From Camelus ferus (Eukaryota), in assembly GCF_009834535.1 (NCBI RefSeq), contig NC_045696.1, forward strand, positions 36,830,001-36,894,000: 64,000 bases of DNA, written 5' to 3'. Positions 1-13,597 of this stretch are shown here, piece after piece. Under the pieces are notes generated by a model. The model was not told the DNA's origin, made no database searches, and worked only from the letters and a program-made list of their open reading frames with translations. The translations under genes and the position numbers were made by a program. Within the stretch, counting starts at the first letter, position 1, and each line of letters begins with the position of its first letter.

Positions 1-430
1 TGGCAGGAATTGGTTCGAGAAGACTGCTCAGCCACAAAGGGCGTATTTCCCGCCTTCCCAGTTCTGATGTTAACCAAGGAGGAAGATGGCAAAGGAAGGA
101 TTTCTCAGGGACCACAGAGTCAGGGAGAGGAGATACTCCTCATGAGCAGTGAAAAGGCATAATGAGGGGATGCTCCCAGCCACGGAATAGAAAGCCCACT
201 GGGAATTCAGAATTGCTACAGAATTGAATCCTCTTCGTCTCAATACGGAAGTGTTCATTGCAATAATCCTGTCAACTCCTATAAACTGCACACCACCTAT
301 CCTTTTAATTTATAAGCTTCTGCCTCAACAGCTACCACTCCTGGACTTGAGGTAGAGACTTTCATGAATGCCAAGAAGTTCTTGGCTTTCAGTTTAATGC
401 CACAATTAAATTTGGCTTTGGGACATTAAA
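1..430 (+). mobile_element. Probable MaLR (MLT1) internal-sequence fragment
   Basis: gggaattcagaattgcta and accacagagtcagggag resemble MLT-int; lies directly upstream of an MLT1 LTR. Confidence 0.4.
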
Positions 431-444
431 AGGACATACTACAG

Positions 445-846
445 TAGTCATCAGTGCTGCTCACCAATTTTGCTAATCATTCTTCTTCCAGACCCAAGTT
501 ATGGATAAACTTCCCTGCCCACGAGAAGTTAGGAGTAGTCATATGACTTGTTTTGGCTGATGAAAATAGAGCAAAAGTGGCATATGTAATTTTGGGAAGA
601 AAGTGTATAAGAACCATTGAACTATTTTTTTTTTAAAGTCTGTTTTCCTCTCCTGCATTGGGGCTCATACAAGTCCATGTTTATATAGAGATACAACTAT
701 GAGACATCTCACAGAAGACCACAATCTGGGAGAATATTCACGACCTACTTTGCATGAGCAAGAAATAAGGCTTTATTGTTTTAATTCAGTGAGATTTTTA
801 GTTGTTTTTTAATTGCAACATGACATAGCCTAAACTTAATAATACA
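445..846 (+). mobile_element. MaLR LTR (old MLT1 J/K-like)
   Basis: ttccctgccc..gaagttagg..catatgacttgttttggc start; gcatgagcaagaaataa..ttgttttaa..gagattttt..taataca end. Confidence 0.75.
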
Positions 847-899
847 ACACAAATGGGTTTTGGTCCTAAACCTAAATTCTAGTACTAACCACTTGATTC

Positions 900-1090
900 C
901 TTAGCTCCCTGATTATGACAGAAATTGCAACTCCCTGGAAAGCTAAGGCAAGCCTGAAGTTCTGTGAATTTCAGCTTCTTATTAGGAGTTCAGCTCTTCT
1001 AACAATTTTATAAGTACCTAATGCTCTATTAAATTCCTTTCTTTAAAAAACACCTACAGTCTGTTTGGTTTCCTAAAACTAAACCCTATG
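900..1090 (+). mobile_element. ERVL-type LTR 3' fragment (LTR33-like)
   Basis: attaaattcctttct..gtttggtttcctaaaactaaaccct resembles the LTR end pattern. Confidence 0.35.
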
Positions 1091-2724
1091 CCCATCAGGG
1101 TGATGCTACAGGTCAAGGGTTAGGAGAGAGAGTCTACACTTGGCAGATAATTGGATAGACAAGGTGGCAGTAGAGGTGAAAGTTAAAAAATTCAGAAATC
1201 CGGTTATGAAGGCTTTAGAAATTGATATAGCCTGAATTATGGAATGTAAATCTGAACAAATTTCCAAGATGACTTGCTTAGGAATTTTAAATGATTCTAG
1301 TAAAGACCTGTGTGGGAATGGTAGATTAATTCAAGAAAACTACAGTGATGGCAGATGTGTTTTTTGGGTGGTCCCATGCAGGCAATGGGACTAAACTGCT
1401 GTACTTAATATGTGAAACAACTTTCTAAAACTCTGAAATAATTCAACCTTCCTATCTTTCCTGTGAGGCAATGGGCTTCTTTTTACAGGAAGTGTCCAAG
1501 CGTTTTTTGCATGATACTGGTAAAGGATACTGCTGAGAGAGTTTCCATATCAGAAATCTGTCACACTTTTCATTAGAAATGGCAAAAAAAAAAAAAAAAT
1601 TAATGGAAATTTTCATTAAAGTCTGTTAAATTTTGTAATAAGCTAACAAGCTTAATATATCCATGTTTATATGCATACATGTCCACACACATACATGTCA
1701 TTGCATACTCTAGAAATTTGTAGGATTATTAGATTGATGATATACAACCTTATCTAGCTTGGGAAATCCTTGCTCTTGGATGACTCTAAAATGAGATGAG
1801 TTGTCAGAGTCCTGGATAATTTCATTACCAGAGAGTGGGAATTTGGAGAGTGAGCTCCGGATAATGCTGCAAGGCACATTGATTCTAAGATTGTGTGAAT
1901 GATAATACAAATTGTTTCAATAATGAAATAATGTTAGCTTTCATGAGGCTAGAGATAGTTATATAACATACAGAGAGCAGGTGTCTTCTAGAAGTAGCCA
2001 CTAAAAAAAGTGCTATGTTCCTCTGGTTATAACTACTTGATTTGCTTTTGTAGATGAAACTAACTTGATACTCCCATTAAATGTAAAGACATTCTTATTC
2101 TTTGATAAACAATTATACTTGAAAATACTGTTTCTGAGAAAGCATCTCATTTTAGATGATCTTGGGTTAAAAAATTTAAGTACTTAGAAATTACTTTCTA
2201 CTAAAACAGTTACTAGAAAAATAAACAGCACTAACACCTAAGAGATTTGTAGTGTATTAGGAAAAAAATAATAAATGTGGATGGCATTAGCAACAGGATG
2301 CCACCTCACCAGTTTGAGGACATGGCCTATAAAATGTATAATTCTCTCTAACGTATTGTAAATTGACCACATAACAACATCAAAAATTTCACTTGTGAGA
2401 AAAATGAGATAACACATGTAGGCCAATTGCTGAGAAGAGAAAAATGTAAGTATGTTATTTGAGATTTATATTATGATACTTGACAGATGTTGTATTTTGA
2501 AGTCCCACATTTGCTTTTAAAAGTCCTATGTTGGAAATCAACCTTGTGCATGATCAGGTTCAATAGTGAATATTAAAAGAAATCTTTTAAAAAATTCTTC
2601 ATGAATTTTTTAATTGGATGAAAGATTCTTTAAAGTCTATAGTGCTCTACAATTTCCAAAAGTTTCACACATATTTGATTTCAGTAATCTCACAGTAACA
2701 CTTTTTTGTTCCTTCTACACCTAA

Positions 2725-2790
2725 ATTGCCCCTTCCCTATCCTCTCCCCACTGGTAACCACTAGTTTGTTCTCTGTATCAGTGAGTCTGC
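2725..2790 (-). mobile_element. L1 3'UTR fragment
   Basis: ctctccccactggtaaccactagtttgttctctgtatcagtgagtctg. Confidence 0.7.
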
Positions 2791-2794
2791 ATGG

Positions 2795-2830
2795 TTTAGC
2801 CAAGTTGGCATGTAAAATTAACCATCACAA
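2795..2830 (-). mobile_element. MLT2 LTR terminal fragment
   Basis: ccaagttggcatgtaaaattaaccatcaca. Confidence 0.55.
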
Positions 2831-3134
2831 CTTATAAAGGACCTCTCCCAAAACTTTTATCTTTCCCCCAGTATGATTGACTCTCCGGACTAAATTCCTC
2901 ATAACAGCTTAACATTTCATTCTACTCATAGAGGGATTTGTATTTTAAAGACATACAGTTTCTAACTTAAAATGATTAAACTCTTAGTATATAATTTGTT
3001 TTACTTAATCAGCAGAAAATGATTATTTTGAGTAATAAACTTTTCTGTGTCTGTAAGTCTTAACACCTAATCAGATTTCTGTTCTACACAGACACACGGT
3101 TTGTCCTGGTTATAAGCATCCAGACATGCTAATT

Positions 3135-3890
3135 AATTCAATTCAGTAACATTGATTAAGTGCCGACTTTGTGCCAGGACTGTGCTAAAAATCTGAAGGT
3201 AAAAACAGATAACCTCATCAAAGACTTCATAGTCTGGCAAGGGAGATGTGTACACAAATAAATAAAACACAGTTTGACAGGTGCTGCACTAATTGTATAA
3301 ACAAACTATTATAGGAGAGAAAGGAGGTAGTTGTGGTTTCAATCTTGGGTTGTCAAAGGAGTTTTCAAACACATAAGATGACAATTAGCTGTGTGTTGAA
3401 AGATGACTCACTGGATGGATTACAGATTGGGAAGCGGGGAGTACAATTTAGCAGGCAGAGGAAGCAGGCAGTGTTTGCAGAAGAACTGAAGCTGCCTGGA
3501 GTACAGTCTATGTGAAAAGATTGGTGGGGACCAAGCTGAGGGACATGGGTTGGGTCAGATAAGAATGTAGTCATAGGAAGATTGGACCTGACCCTGGACA
3601 GAATGAAGTGCTATTGAAAGTATTTAAGGTGAGAAGCCACCAGATCAGATCTTTGTTTTAGAAATTTAATTCTGATAGATAAGTGGAAGATAAATTAGAG
3701 TCTAAAAGAGACTCTATTCAGATAAACCAATTAGGAAATAGTTATAAGTGTTCCAACAAGAGAAAATCTAAAATCTGGTGGTGAAAATGGAGAAGAGAAA
3801 AATGGATTTAAAAATATGTATTTGGAAGGAACTTGACAGGACATTTGACTATATGAAAGTAGAGAGATAAGGATTCACAGATTATCTCTG
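3135..3890 (-). mobile_element. L2 LINE 3' fragment
   Basis: attcaattcag..gtgccaggactgtgcta tail followed by purine-rich L2 body (cagatctttgttttagaaa). Confidence 0.75.
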
Positions 3891-4566
3891 GGTTTATTAT
3901 AACTTCAAATGTCACAATTCTAAATATTTGAATTGAAGTCATTCTAAATATTATTGGACATTTTCCTATATTTTCAAAAAGGATATTGAACATAATTTCA
4001 CTTTAGAGTCAACAATATGAACATTCACTTTGTTACTTTATTGTAATTTATAGCATAGTTTTACTAACATTTGTGAAACTTTATTTTCTTTTTCTGTTTT
4101 AAGTCTGCTTTCCTTTGGCCACTGTAAGAGGTCTATTTATTAGAGAGGTTCCATAATTTCTAGTTTATTGCTTCTAATACAGAGTGGATTGGGAAATCAG
4201 AAAAAAATTACAAAAGAGGTATACTAGTGAGTGGAAAATTTATGAGCAAGAGTAATGCGACGTTTCCTATGGGGTAAAGAGAAAGAAGGCTTTTGTCCGA
4301 GGTTTTGTGACAAGTTGAGGGTATACATGTGTGTACAAACTCAGAGACTTTATTCACTAACTTTTTATTTCATAAAGGTATATCAGAGATTCCAGATTGA
4401 CTGTGGCCTAACTCTATATGGGAAAGATTTTGTTATTAATGTATAGGTCTCTTGTGTTGTATACATATAAGTGAAAAAACAGTCATTATTAGTTATTTTG
4501 TTAGTTCATTGTCTCTAACTCCATTGTTAATAGTAGAAATGAACTGTGTTATGAACATGTTGTTAG

Positions 4567-4773
4567 AGGTCAGACATTGGCAAAACTGTGGCCCATGGGC
4601 CAAATCTGATTTGCTGTATGTTTTTTTTTATCCCCCAAGAGCTAAGAATGATTTTCATAGTTTTACAGAGATATAATATAGAAAAAAGTTGAATATAAGA
4701 AAGAGATGATACAAGGCCCATAAGCCCTAAAATATTTAATACTGGACCTTTACAGAAAAAATTTGCAGACCCT
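4567..4773 (+). mobile_element. MER58 (hAT-Charlie) non-autonomous DNA transposon
   Basis: ggcaaaactgtggcccatgggccaaatctg ... cctaaaatattta..tggacctttacagaaaaaatttgcagacccta. Confidence 0.85.
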
Positions 4774-5469
4774 AGATGTGAATAAAGGCTTATTTCTTAT
4801 ATGTGCCTTTTTATTGTCTGTTTCTTGTTTTTTCATTTTATTTATTTTCATTTTATTGTCTCTTTCATTTTTGTTTACATATACACCTTATATATTCATG
4901 ATTCTGTAATTATAAGGTTTGTATAGATCACAAAGCTTCCTTACATTTGTGGAATCAGAAAAGGGAAGAGGGGGAGTGGTAAATTCCACAGAGAAAAAAA
5001 GAAGTGAAAGACGTAAGAATTTCAGTTTGAGATGTCAAGAACCCTCTGAGGCTTGTTTCTCATTAATTTTTTATCCTCGTACACATAGAAATTTAAGATT
5101 TTTATAAATCCCTACCTTGGAGAGAGGCAGGCAGTTAACAAAATGCACAACCATCTACTTTTTAAGCATTATATGACTATGGTCTTTTTAAAAAGGAATA
5201 AATTTATGATGAGTAGAATGGAAGCTTTATTGATCTAAAGAGGAGGTCTTATGAAAAATGTATGCTGTAGCCAATGAGACCTGAACTCTAAGAGGATGTA
5301 TATCAATCCTTTGACCACACCAGTTTGCCTCGTCTGCCTTGAAATTAAATAATAACTTTTATAGCACCCTTTTAAAAGATTCATATTGGTTTTAAATATG
5401 TATATATATTCTGTAATATATTTATCTATTTAATGAAGAAGATAAGTCAGTAAAAGAGCAGACAGGCAA

Positions 5470-5660
5470 CACCATAGTACTTAAGTGTGTAGCCTCTGGC
5501 CTGAGATTGCCTTAGTCTGAATACCACTTCTCTCTCAGGCTGCGACTGCAAAAGGGAACTAAGAGCAGTTTCCTCATCTGTAAAATGGGTACAACACCAG
5601 GGCCTTCTTTATAGAGTTCATGAAAAGTATTAAAAATAAGACAGTATGTATAGATACAAC
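5470..5660 (+). mobile_element. MIR SINE
   Basis: Core cagtttcctcatctgtaaaatggg. Confidence 0.75.
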
Positions 5661-6949
5661 AATGCTGAAAACACAACTAGAAAAGGTAGAAAAACTAATG
5701 ATTTCTTCTATCTATTAGAAATGTTGGTTAGCTCTTTTTCTCTTATCTATGAACCACACAGTATTGTACCTATTGTAGCCAAAAATTCTAGTTCTGCAAT
5801 AAGATGAAAGAGTAACTGGGGCAGCTGCAAACATTTCTTGGAGGAATTTATATCTGATGTTTATATTTTTTTAAGAAGCAATGTGACTTTCAGGTCCTTA
5901 GTTATTTTCCTACACAGGTCTGTTATGAGATTCCAGTTTGCCCTCTCCTCCCCTCTCCTCTTCTCTCCTTCCCTTCCCTCCTCTTTGCAACCCTTCCCTT
6001 CCCTTCCTTATTATCATTTGTGTGCCAAGCAGTGTTTGGCTTATTCATTGCAGGTATGGAATGTATAGGATGTTTTGTTCAAGTGAGCTTTAATTTTCAG
6101 TCTCAAATCTCCATAATTTCTGGAAAACCCTTTCAGGAATGGGCTTGAGGGGAAAAATATGCTTCTACCTTTCTGCAGCTATTCCGTTTTATCAACAGGA
6201 ATGTGAATTAGCACTCACAACTCTTCTGTATTTGTGGACTATATTGTATTTTTGAAATGATAAAGATATCATAACTTTAATGGTTCCACATTTAATAGAG
6301 TGAAACAGGTAACTTGAGTTTCTGGTGATCATGGATGATTTCCTCTTTTGGTCTCATGACCAGAGAACAATATAAAAGTAGTGATTCATTTATGTAGCCA
6401 TTATAGTCACATTACCATCACAACAAAAATTCAGGGGGCAAAGGAGTACTTTAAACAATTGCAAGAAAAAAAAAGTTTTGGTTTTTTTTTAAAAGCAACC
6501 TTGACAATAAATAGATGCTGCATTCCACTACAGACAGCAAATGGAGAAAGATCACACACAATGTAGCTGACATATTAGCAATATTTTGCTTGAGGTTGTA
6601 TGTTAATTTAATAGAAAAAAATATGCTTTCCCACAGATGTTAGGTACTAAAAAAGCCGTAAGTAATCCTTAGCAACTCAAATATACCACGTAAAAATGTA
6701 TACTAGCATTTACAAGTCATATCTTGATGTAAGTTGTAATTTAAAATAAGCACATATTTGATCATCTAGATAGAACTTGATTTTTTATTGTCAATATTAT
6801 CTCTAATCATTTGCATAAAACCTACAAAAGGAGGTTCATTATATAACCATTACTTCTGTAATAAAGCACAAACTCTTTAATATTCTTGACTTTTATCTGA
6901 GAGACACACCAATGCATAAAGCAGGGGTAGAGAATCCAGCAACTGAATT

Positions 6950-7290
6950 AGTAGTTGCCAGGGAGGGACAAGTAGGTGGAGCACAGGGGACTTTCAGGAT
7001 AGTGAAACTGTTCCGTAAGAAACTGTAATGGTATGTACATGACATTAAGCATTTTTCAAAACCCATAGAACTGAACCCTAATGTAAACTATGGACTTCAA
7101 TTAGCAGTAATGTATCGATGTTTGTTCATCAGTTGTAACAAATGCACCACACTAATGCAAGATGTTAATCATAGGGGAAACTGTGTAGCAGGTGGACAGG
7201 GGAGGTGGTATATAAGAACTCTCTGTACTTTATGCTCAATTTTTGTGTAAACCTAAAACTATTTTGAAAAAGAAATCTATTAAATTTTAA
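6950..7290 (+). mobile_element. L1M (MC/MD-type) 3' end
   Basis: aaacccatagaactg..aaccctaatgtaaactatggactt..gtaacaaatgcaccacactaatgcaagatgtt..ctctctgtactt..gtaaacctaaaact. Confidence 0.85.
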
Positions 7291-7375
7291 AAGTTGCGTA
7301 CATGAGGCTTTTTTGTTAAATGCAGAAGATGGAAATTGTTGAAATGATCTTCAAGAAGTAAATACCGCAGACATC

Positions 7376-7690
7376 ACAGAATCAAAGAATTGTAGAGCTA
7401 AAAGACACCTAAAGAAAAATATCTACCCTAGACTTAAAGATTTTTAAGGAGAGAAATTCTACCACTTTCCTTGGTAGCCTATTCTAGGATTTAATTACTT
7501 TCTGAGACCACCAATCTAGCCTATATATCAATAATTCTGTCTTCTCTCAAGTAAAGAGGGATTTAATCAATAGATCCCTTAAATAACAATTCTCCACTAG
7601 GGTTTACTTCTTAAGTAAATTATCACTTTGCTTTTTTGTCTGGTTCTGATTAAATGGACCCAACATCTTCAGTCTTTTGTCATAAATGTG
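7376..7690 (-). mobile_element. L3/CR1 (or MIR3) fragment
   Basis: agaatcaaagaattgtagagct..; ctaccactttccttggtagcctattc resembles the CR1 3' region. Confidence 0.45.
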
Positions 7691-9024
7691 AGCTATGGTG
7701 AACTAAAAGGCAACTGATGGACAAAAATGGTTCATCCATAGCAAACCTGTTATTTAAAATTTACATTTCTAATGTAGAAATTGTCAAGTTCTAAGAGGTT
7801 AAAAATGATGTAGTGTAGAACACACCTGAGTAAGGTTATGTTTTATATTGATCCTTACAACTTTGTTCTCACAGTGGATTATGTTCATTTTTAATGTGAT
7901 AATGGACAAAATTCTTGACTATACTAGAAATAAGTTGACTAAACTTGTGTCCAAAACCTGACTTAATTCACTCCTTTGATAATGTCAGGATCCACAACTC
8001 TAATTTTTCAAATAAGATCTCTTTGTTGAAATAATCAAATGCCAAACACCTGTTCTCAAGAAGGGCTAAAATCATAAAGGATAGTTACATGTTGATGTTG
8101 ATAGTTGCTAAAGGGAAGATGTAATAGAGAATCCACATTGTGTATAGGTTATTTCTGAGATAAGTCTGCAGATGAATTATAATGTTATTGTTTGAACCCT
8201 TTTAACTGCCAAGTGTCCATGAAATGATAAATACCACTGAAGGCATGGTAATAAAATGCCCAACAAAATTATAAACAGCATAATTTCTGTGAACATGTGC
8301 TCTTTCTGAGTGTAATAAATTATACTCTCATCATAACTATGTGAGGACAAAAGAGATTATACTTTATTTTTACATGAAGTAATAAGGACAGAGTCCTAGC
8401 ATGTTTCAAATCAATTTTGTATTGTCTGATACTCAACATTAAGGGCTCTTTTATCATCTTAAAAATATTTTTTGCATTAATTTATATTTCAATTACTTGG
8501 AAATTATAAATTTCTATTCAAAATGATTCATGGAATCAAGATAAATATCAGAATATATTTCTTCCTCTCTCTTTGTTGTGCTTTAAATTTATACTTCTCT
8601 CAATTTGTAGGTATTAATCATGAACACATTTTTTTTCCCCTCTTCTGTACTAGAAGACAGCTGTTGAGACAAGGTTATGAGATTGTAGCTCTTTTACCTA
8701 GCAAGTTGAAAACTAATAGCTTGACTATTCAGTCATAAATCTTCCTTTTGATATTTTTTATCTTCTGTTGACAATATAATAATAAATCATGAGGCTGACT
8801 AAAATGTCCTGCTTTATCATCTCTCTCTCTCTCCATATGTGTGTGTGTATATATATATATGCATATATATATTCTAATAATCTGGTCCCATAATTAGATA
8901 ATTGCATGGAAAAATCACCATTCCTATATTGTGGCTTCCTACTAATCTAGTTGCAAAATGATATGATATTAGTACATTTTCTAAAAGACCTTTCCTTAAT
9001 GACATCAGAGAATGTATGGAGATT

Positions 9025-9445
9025 GCCAGTGGAAGCAGGCTGGGTTCTCTGAGAAGCAGATGTCAAGATGAAGTTAGGTGTGTGAAAGCTTTCTTGGTGA
9101 GAAATACCTGTGGAAGGAAAAAAGAGGAAACAGCATTGGATAGGGTAGGGGTAGTCATCAGACCTTGTCACTGACCCTGCAAAGTCCTTGCTGGTCTAAA
9201 ATGGAGCAGTAGAGCAAAGATTGTGCATTAGAGGAGTTCTCTGTGGTGAGGGAATGGCTAGGCTATTGCCCACCACCTTGCACAATCATTGGTTGAAATT
9301 CAGCCTGAAGTGAAAAGGACTTTACCTTGGAATGATATATTGAATGAGTTAACAGCTAGAAGTCATTGCTAGTCACATTTATCACAAGTGGGCGACAAGA
9401 CTTCTCCTGAAGGGGGATCTGAGTGGCTCATCTCTGTTGACCACA
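9025..9445 (-). mobile_element. LTR16-type ERVL LTR (3' LTR of the adjacent provirus)
   Basis: Reverse complement starts tgtggtcaacagagatgagccactcagatcccccttcagg, LTR16-like; other end has gggttctctgagaagcaga. Confidence 0.75.
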
Positions 9446-12400
9446 GGCTGCTCTTGGGCCATGCAGCTTCACTTCACCACAGAGGTTCGGTGAGCAGCTC
9501 CTTCATGCACTGGCCGGGCTTCCTCCTGAGGAGAAACTTGGAAAAGGGAGGTCAGAGACCTCCCTGCAGTTGTCTCAGGGACATAACTGGCACTCATCCC
9601 CGTCGAGAGTGAGTTTTCCTTGCTGCAAGGTATCACTTCTGCTGGTCTTGACGGCTTACCTCATAGAATGGCCCAAGCCTTGTTCCTTAAGGTTCTGAAC
9701 CTTGTCAGCCGTAACTTTTTCAGGTCAGAATTGCTGTACTTATTCATTCGTAGTTACAATTATCTACCAGATTCATTCAGGTATAGACTCTGAGATGGTA
9801 GTTCAGCTGCGCCTGCACCAGGTAATTCTGATGTTCTGCCAGGCTGCCATCTTGTAGGTGGTAGATATAACTCATAGATTCCATTTACATGGGGCTCCTT
9901 CTACATGTCCTTCACTGTAAAGTAGGTTCCTCATTCATTTATGGCTGAACATCCCATGTCTCCCAGGGCCCAGCAGCATGCTAGTAGCTGTATTTTAGAA
10001 CATATGTAGAGCTATGGTAGATATAACATGGCTTTACTTCAGAAACCTAGGGGCCTACTTTGTGATTTTTCCATTGGTGCTTTCCATAAAGTCCACCACT
10101 GAGATCACCAGCACAGCATAGTGTGTGGAGTCATGTTACCTGAGTGGAGGGCTGCTTGCACTGCGACATGACCTGGTACCAAGACCTTTCTTGCTCCAGA
10201 TCTCCTTTGAGCTGTCAGCCTCCCATATCACCTTATATCTGGGCCAGAAAAGCATTTCTAGGTGTGAAATATGGTATCTGTAGAATTTCAGATGTCTTCT
10301 GAGCTGTGAGCTTCCTTTTAGGCAGAAAGGGATGTAACATACAACAATTTGTCCTTCATTTTGAAGGGGAAGTATTGGCAGGCACCTGGACATTGAACTC
10401 CTAATTTTTTTTTTTTTGCTGAAGTATCAAATTCCTGATTCTTCATGGGGTTTACTTCCCACCTTAGGAGCACATGTCATTTAGAAAAATAACAGAGCCA
10501 CCTCTTGCTCATCCTGCCTAATCATCATTAGTAACGAATCAACTTGGTATTTTGTGAAAATATATTTTGGGGCTATATTAGGAGGAGAGAGCGGTTAGCC
10601 ATGGGGCAAAGCTACATAAACATTGTGGTACGTTCTGAGTGAATGTGAACTGTCCCTGATTTCCTTTCCTGACTCGGAGAGACCAGAAAGCCCTAAATCA
10701 CTGCCTGAGGTTGAATTAGTCTGCCCTGGTAACAATACCGTGTCAGATCTGACAGTGGAGATTGAACCTACTACTTAGCTGATCTTGTTGTGGTCTACAC
10801 TGATTCTCCAAGGTTAATTCAATTTTGGCAGAGGCCAGACTTGTGAATTAAACCACAATGAGATATCATCTCACACCTGTCAGAATGGCTATCATCAAAA
10901 AGTCTACAAATAACACACACAGACACACACATTTCTCACCCAGCCTTAAAAAAGAATGAAATTATGCCATTTGTAACAACATGGGTGGACCTAGAGGGCA
11001 TTATGCTCAAGGAAATAAGACAGAAGGAAAAAGGCAAATACTGTGTGTGATCACTTATACGTAGAATCTAAAAAATAAGGCGAATGAACATAACAAAATA
11101 GAAACAGACTCAAAGATACAGAAATCAAACTAGTGGTTACCAGCAGGAGGAAGGAAGGGGATAGGGACAAGTATATTTTATAACTTTAAATGGAGTATAA
11201 TCCATAAAATACTGAATTACTATGTTGTACACCTAAAACTAATATAATATTATAAATCAATTACACTTCAATTAAAAAAAGAAATAACACAGTAGTCAAT
11301 TCTCTTGCATTTTGAGATCTGATGGTGTGGCATTCATCTCTATTTTTTTACTCCCCCTAGAGGAAATGCTATTCTGTCCTAACCATAGGAGCATGCAGTT
11401 TCAGAGGCTCTCCCTTGGACTTCACCACTGTGATAGTACTTACATTGCCCAAGGATCCGATGTAAGCGTCACTGAAACTGCCAACTGTATCAATCCCCAC
11501 AAAATGCATCTGGGGACCACACAAATGTCTGATGCTTGGATTTACAGACCTAAGTGTCCTACTGTAAGCTGGAATTGGGCCAAGACTTCTTTTATTTATT
11601 TGATACTCACATGCTCCCACTCTAAAAGGGGCCATAATAGTGCTTGAAGTCTGCAATATCAATGTTAACCAAACCCTGTCTCCAGTGGTCTTTGAAATGT
11701 CTGTGTACTCCTCTTAATCCAGTGTAGAATCATTCAAGTAAGTAGCCACAGATCCCTTTGAAGAAGGGCTGGGGAAATCATTACAGGCTATGTTGGATAT
11801 AGTATTTCAGGCTCCTTCCTCTGGGGAACAGGTCATCTGTTCAGTCAATAGGTTCTTGCCCAGGTTTGAAAACCAGCTCAGATTTGGAAGCTGGGCAATG
11901 TGTTATAATTTTTATTGGAGTGTCTCCTTTCAGCCTTTGGCTCACCATCTACAAACACACTCACACACAATTTAGTGCTACTTTTGTTAGCTGCCATTTA
12001 TTTGACCTTTAGGGATGCCATGGTCTTTGAAGCATTTCCATGGCTCTGTGCATATCAGGTGTCCTCAGCCCTCCAAATTTGTCTGTCATGATAACTGTAA
12101 CCCTCTGACTTCTGGTGGCTCAACAGCGCCGCCTGGCTCCTTTTACTCTGTGGGCATATCCCAATTCCCACGGCTTTCAGCAAGCCAGGTAACGTAACAG
12201 CCTCTCTACCATCAGCCCTGACCTGCGGAGGAGGGCCACAGCTGATGTTCCTAACGATGCCTGCCGCTAAGCGTTTTTCTCAGGAGTGTACTTCTTATAG
12301 ACTCTGTTAATGGGGCGTCTTGGAAGTCACGGGACATAATTCTCTGAATGTTCTCATAATTCTCTGAATGACCTCATATAATCTTTGGGCCTCACTTAAT

Positions 12401-13500
12401 ATATCCCTTCCAGTATGCCTCCTTTCCTTGGCCTCTAATCCCTTTACTATCTGTTCTGGCAATGGAGGCATTTTAATCTCACTCAGAGTGGGCCTTTGTG
12501 TTTTCTCTGCTTCTAGCTCCAGTCCTAGCAGCAAACTTGCAGCATGCCCTGGGGATCTTGCCAGGATGTTAAATCCTGTTTACTGAGATAGTGCCCTGAG
12601 TCCACAAACTGTTTGAGTTCGATCAGTCACCCTCAGATCCCTGTCTCACCGTTCCTAGTGATAAATGCTTTCTCATTCCAGCAGTGACTTCAGGGTATAA
12701 TCTCCTTGCTTTCCTATTAGTCCCAGCATGGCATGGCTGGGTTATGCAGCCACTTAACTCTGATTAACCAGCCTGCAGGAGAGAAGGTGGGGGCATCTCC
12801 AGAAGGTAGAAACCATGGCCTTGCAAGAAATGATATCTGTATTTTCTTCCTGAAGCAAGCAGGACTCAGTTCCCTGGTTTCAAGCGATTGAAATGGATCT
12901 GAAGAGTCACGATCTTCAGAGACATCCACACAAGTGTCCTCGAACCATGTATCAAAGTCCCAGATTTTCCCAATTAGGGTCCCGCCTTTGGCATGACAGA
13001 CCTACCTGAGTTGAACATTCAACAATCTTTGAAGTTTAGCCACTTTGACTGAGTAATCCTGTGCAACTTTCACCTTTTTCTCTTCGCTGCCTGATACGAG
13101 GCTTCTTTGTGTTCCCACGGACTCTAGTTCTTACACCAACTTTCCAGTTCTTAGTACTTGCTTTTGACTTTTTGTCTGCTTAAAGGAATCAATGCAATAT
13201 TGTAACACCAATTCCTCAGTCCTTATGTCTACTTTTTGCCTTGTATGTTTCAAATGTCTGAATCATGGCACTAGCCAGGGGTAGTTCTGTCCTTCATCGG
13301 GCCAAAGCAGCAGATCACCAGGGAATGGTTGGAAAATAGGATGCCAGCTTGTGCCGGGGAACCATCCCTGACCATCCGTCCTGTCTTGAGTGGCATCTGA
13401 GTGGTCCATTTTCCTGTCTGCCACAATTAAGTTTTAAGATGGAAATACCTGGATTCTTTGCTTCTTTCCCCATCTCTCGTCTACAGAATATGGAATGTAA
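9446..13500 (-). mobile_element. Decayed ERVL (HERV16/ERVL-E-like) internal gag-pro-pol
   Basis: Minus-strand ORF pieces: RPTLSEIKMPPLP (ERVL gag WPTxSELEMPDLP); PFRVGACEYQIN..VGIDTVGSFSDAYIGSL..VKSKGEPLKL (ERVL protease); HISHLEMLFWPRYKV (RT HIPHLGVLLRPIYRV). Confidence 0.85.
10848..11285 (+). mobile_element. L1 3' end inserted into ERVL pol
   Basis: accacaatgagatatcatctcacacctgtcagaatggctatcatcaaaaag..acatgggtggacctagagggcattatgct..tgttgtacacctaaaactaat..A-tail. Confidence 0.9.
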
Positions 13501-13597
13501 GATGGAATGTAAGGTGAAAACAGGAGACAAAACTGAAGAACATTTTTTAAAGCATAGCTACCATGGTGTTATGATGTCCCTTACAAAACAAACAGGC

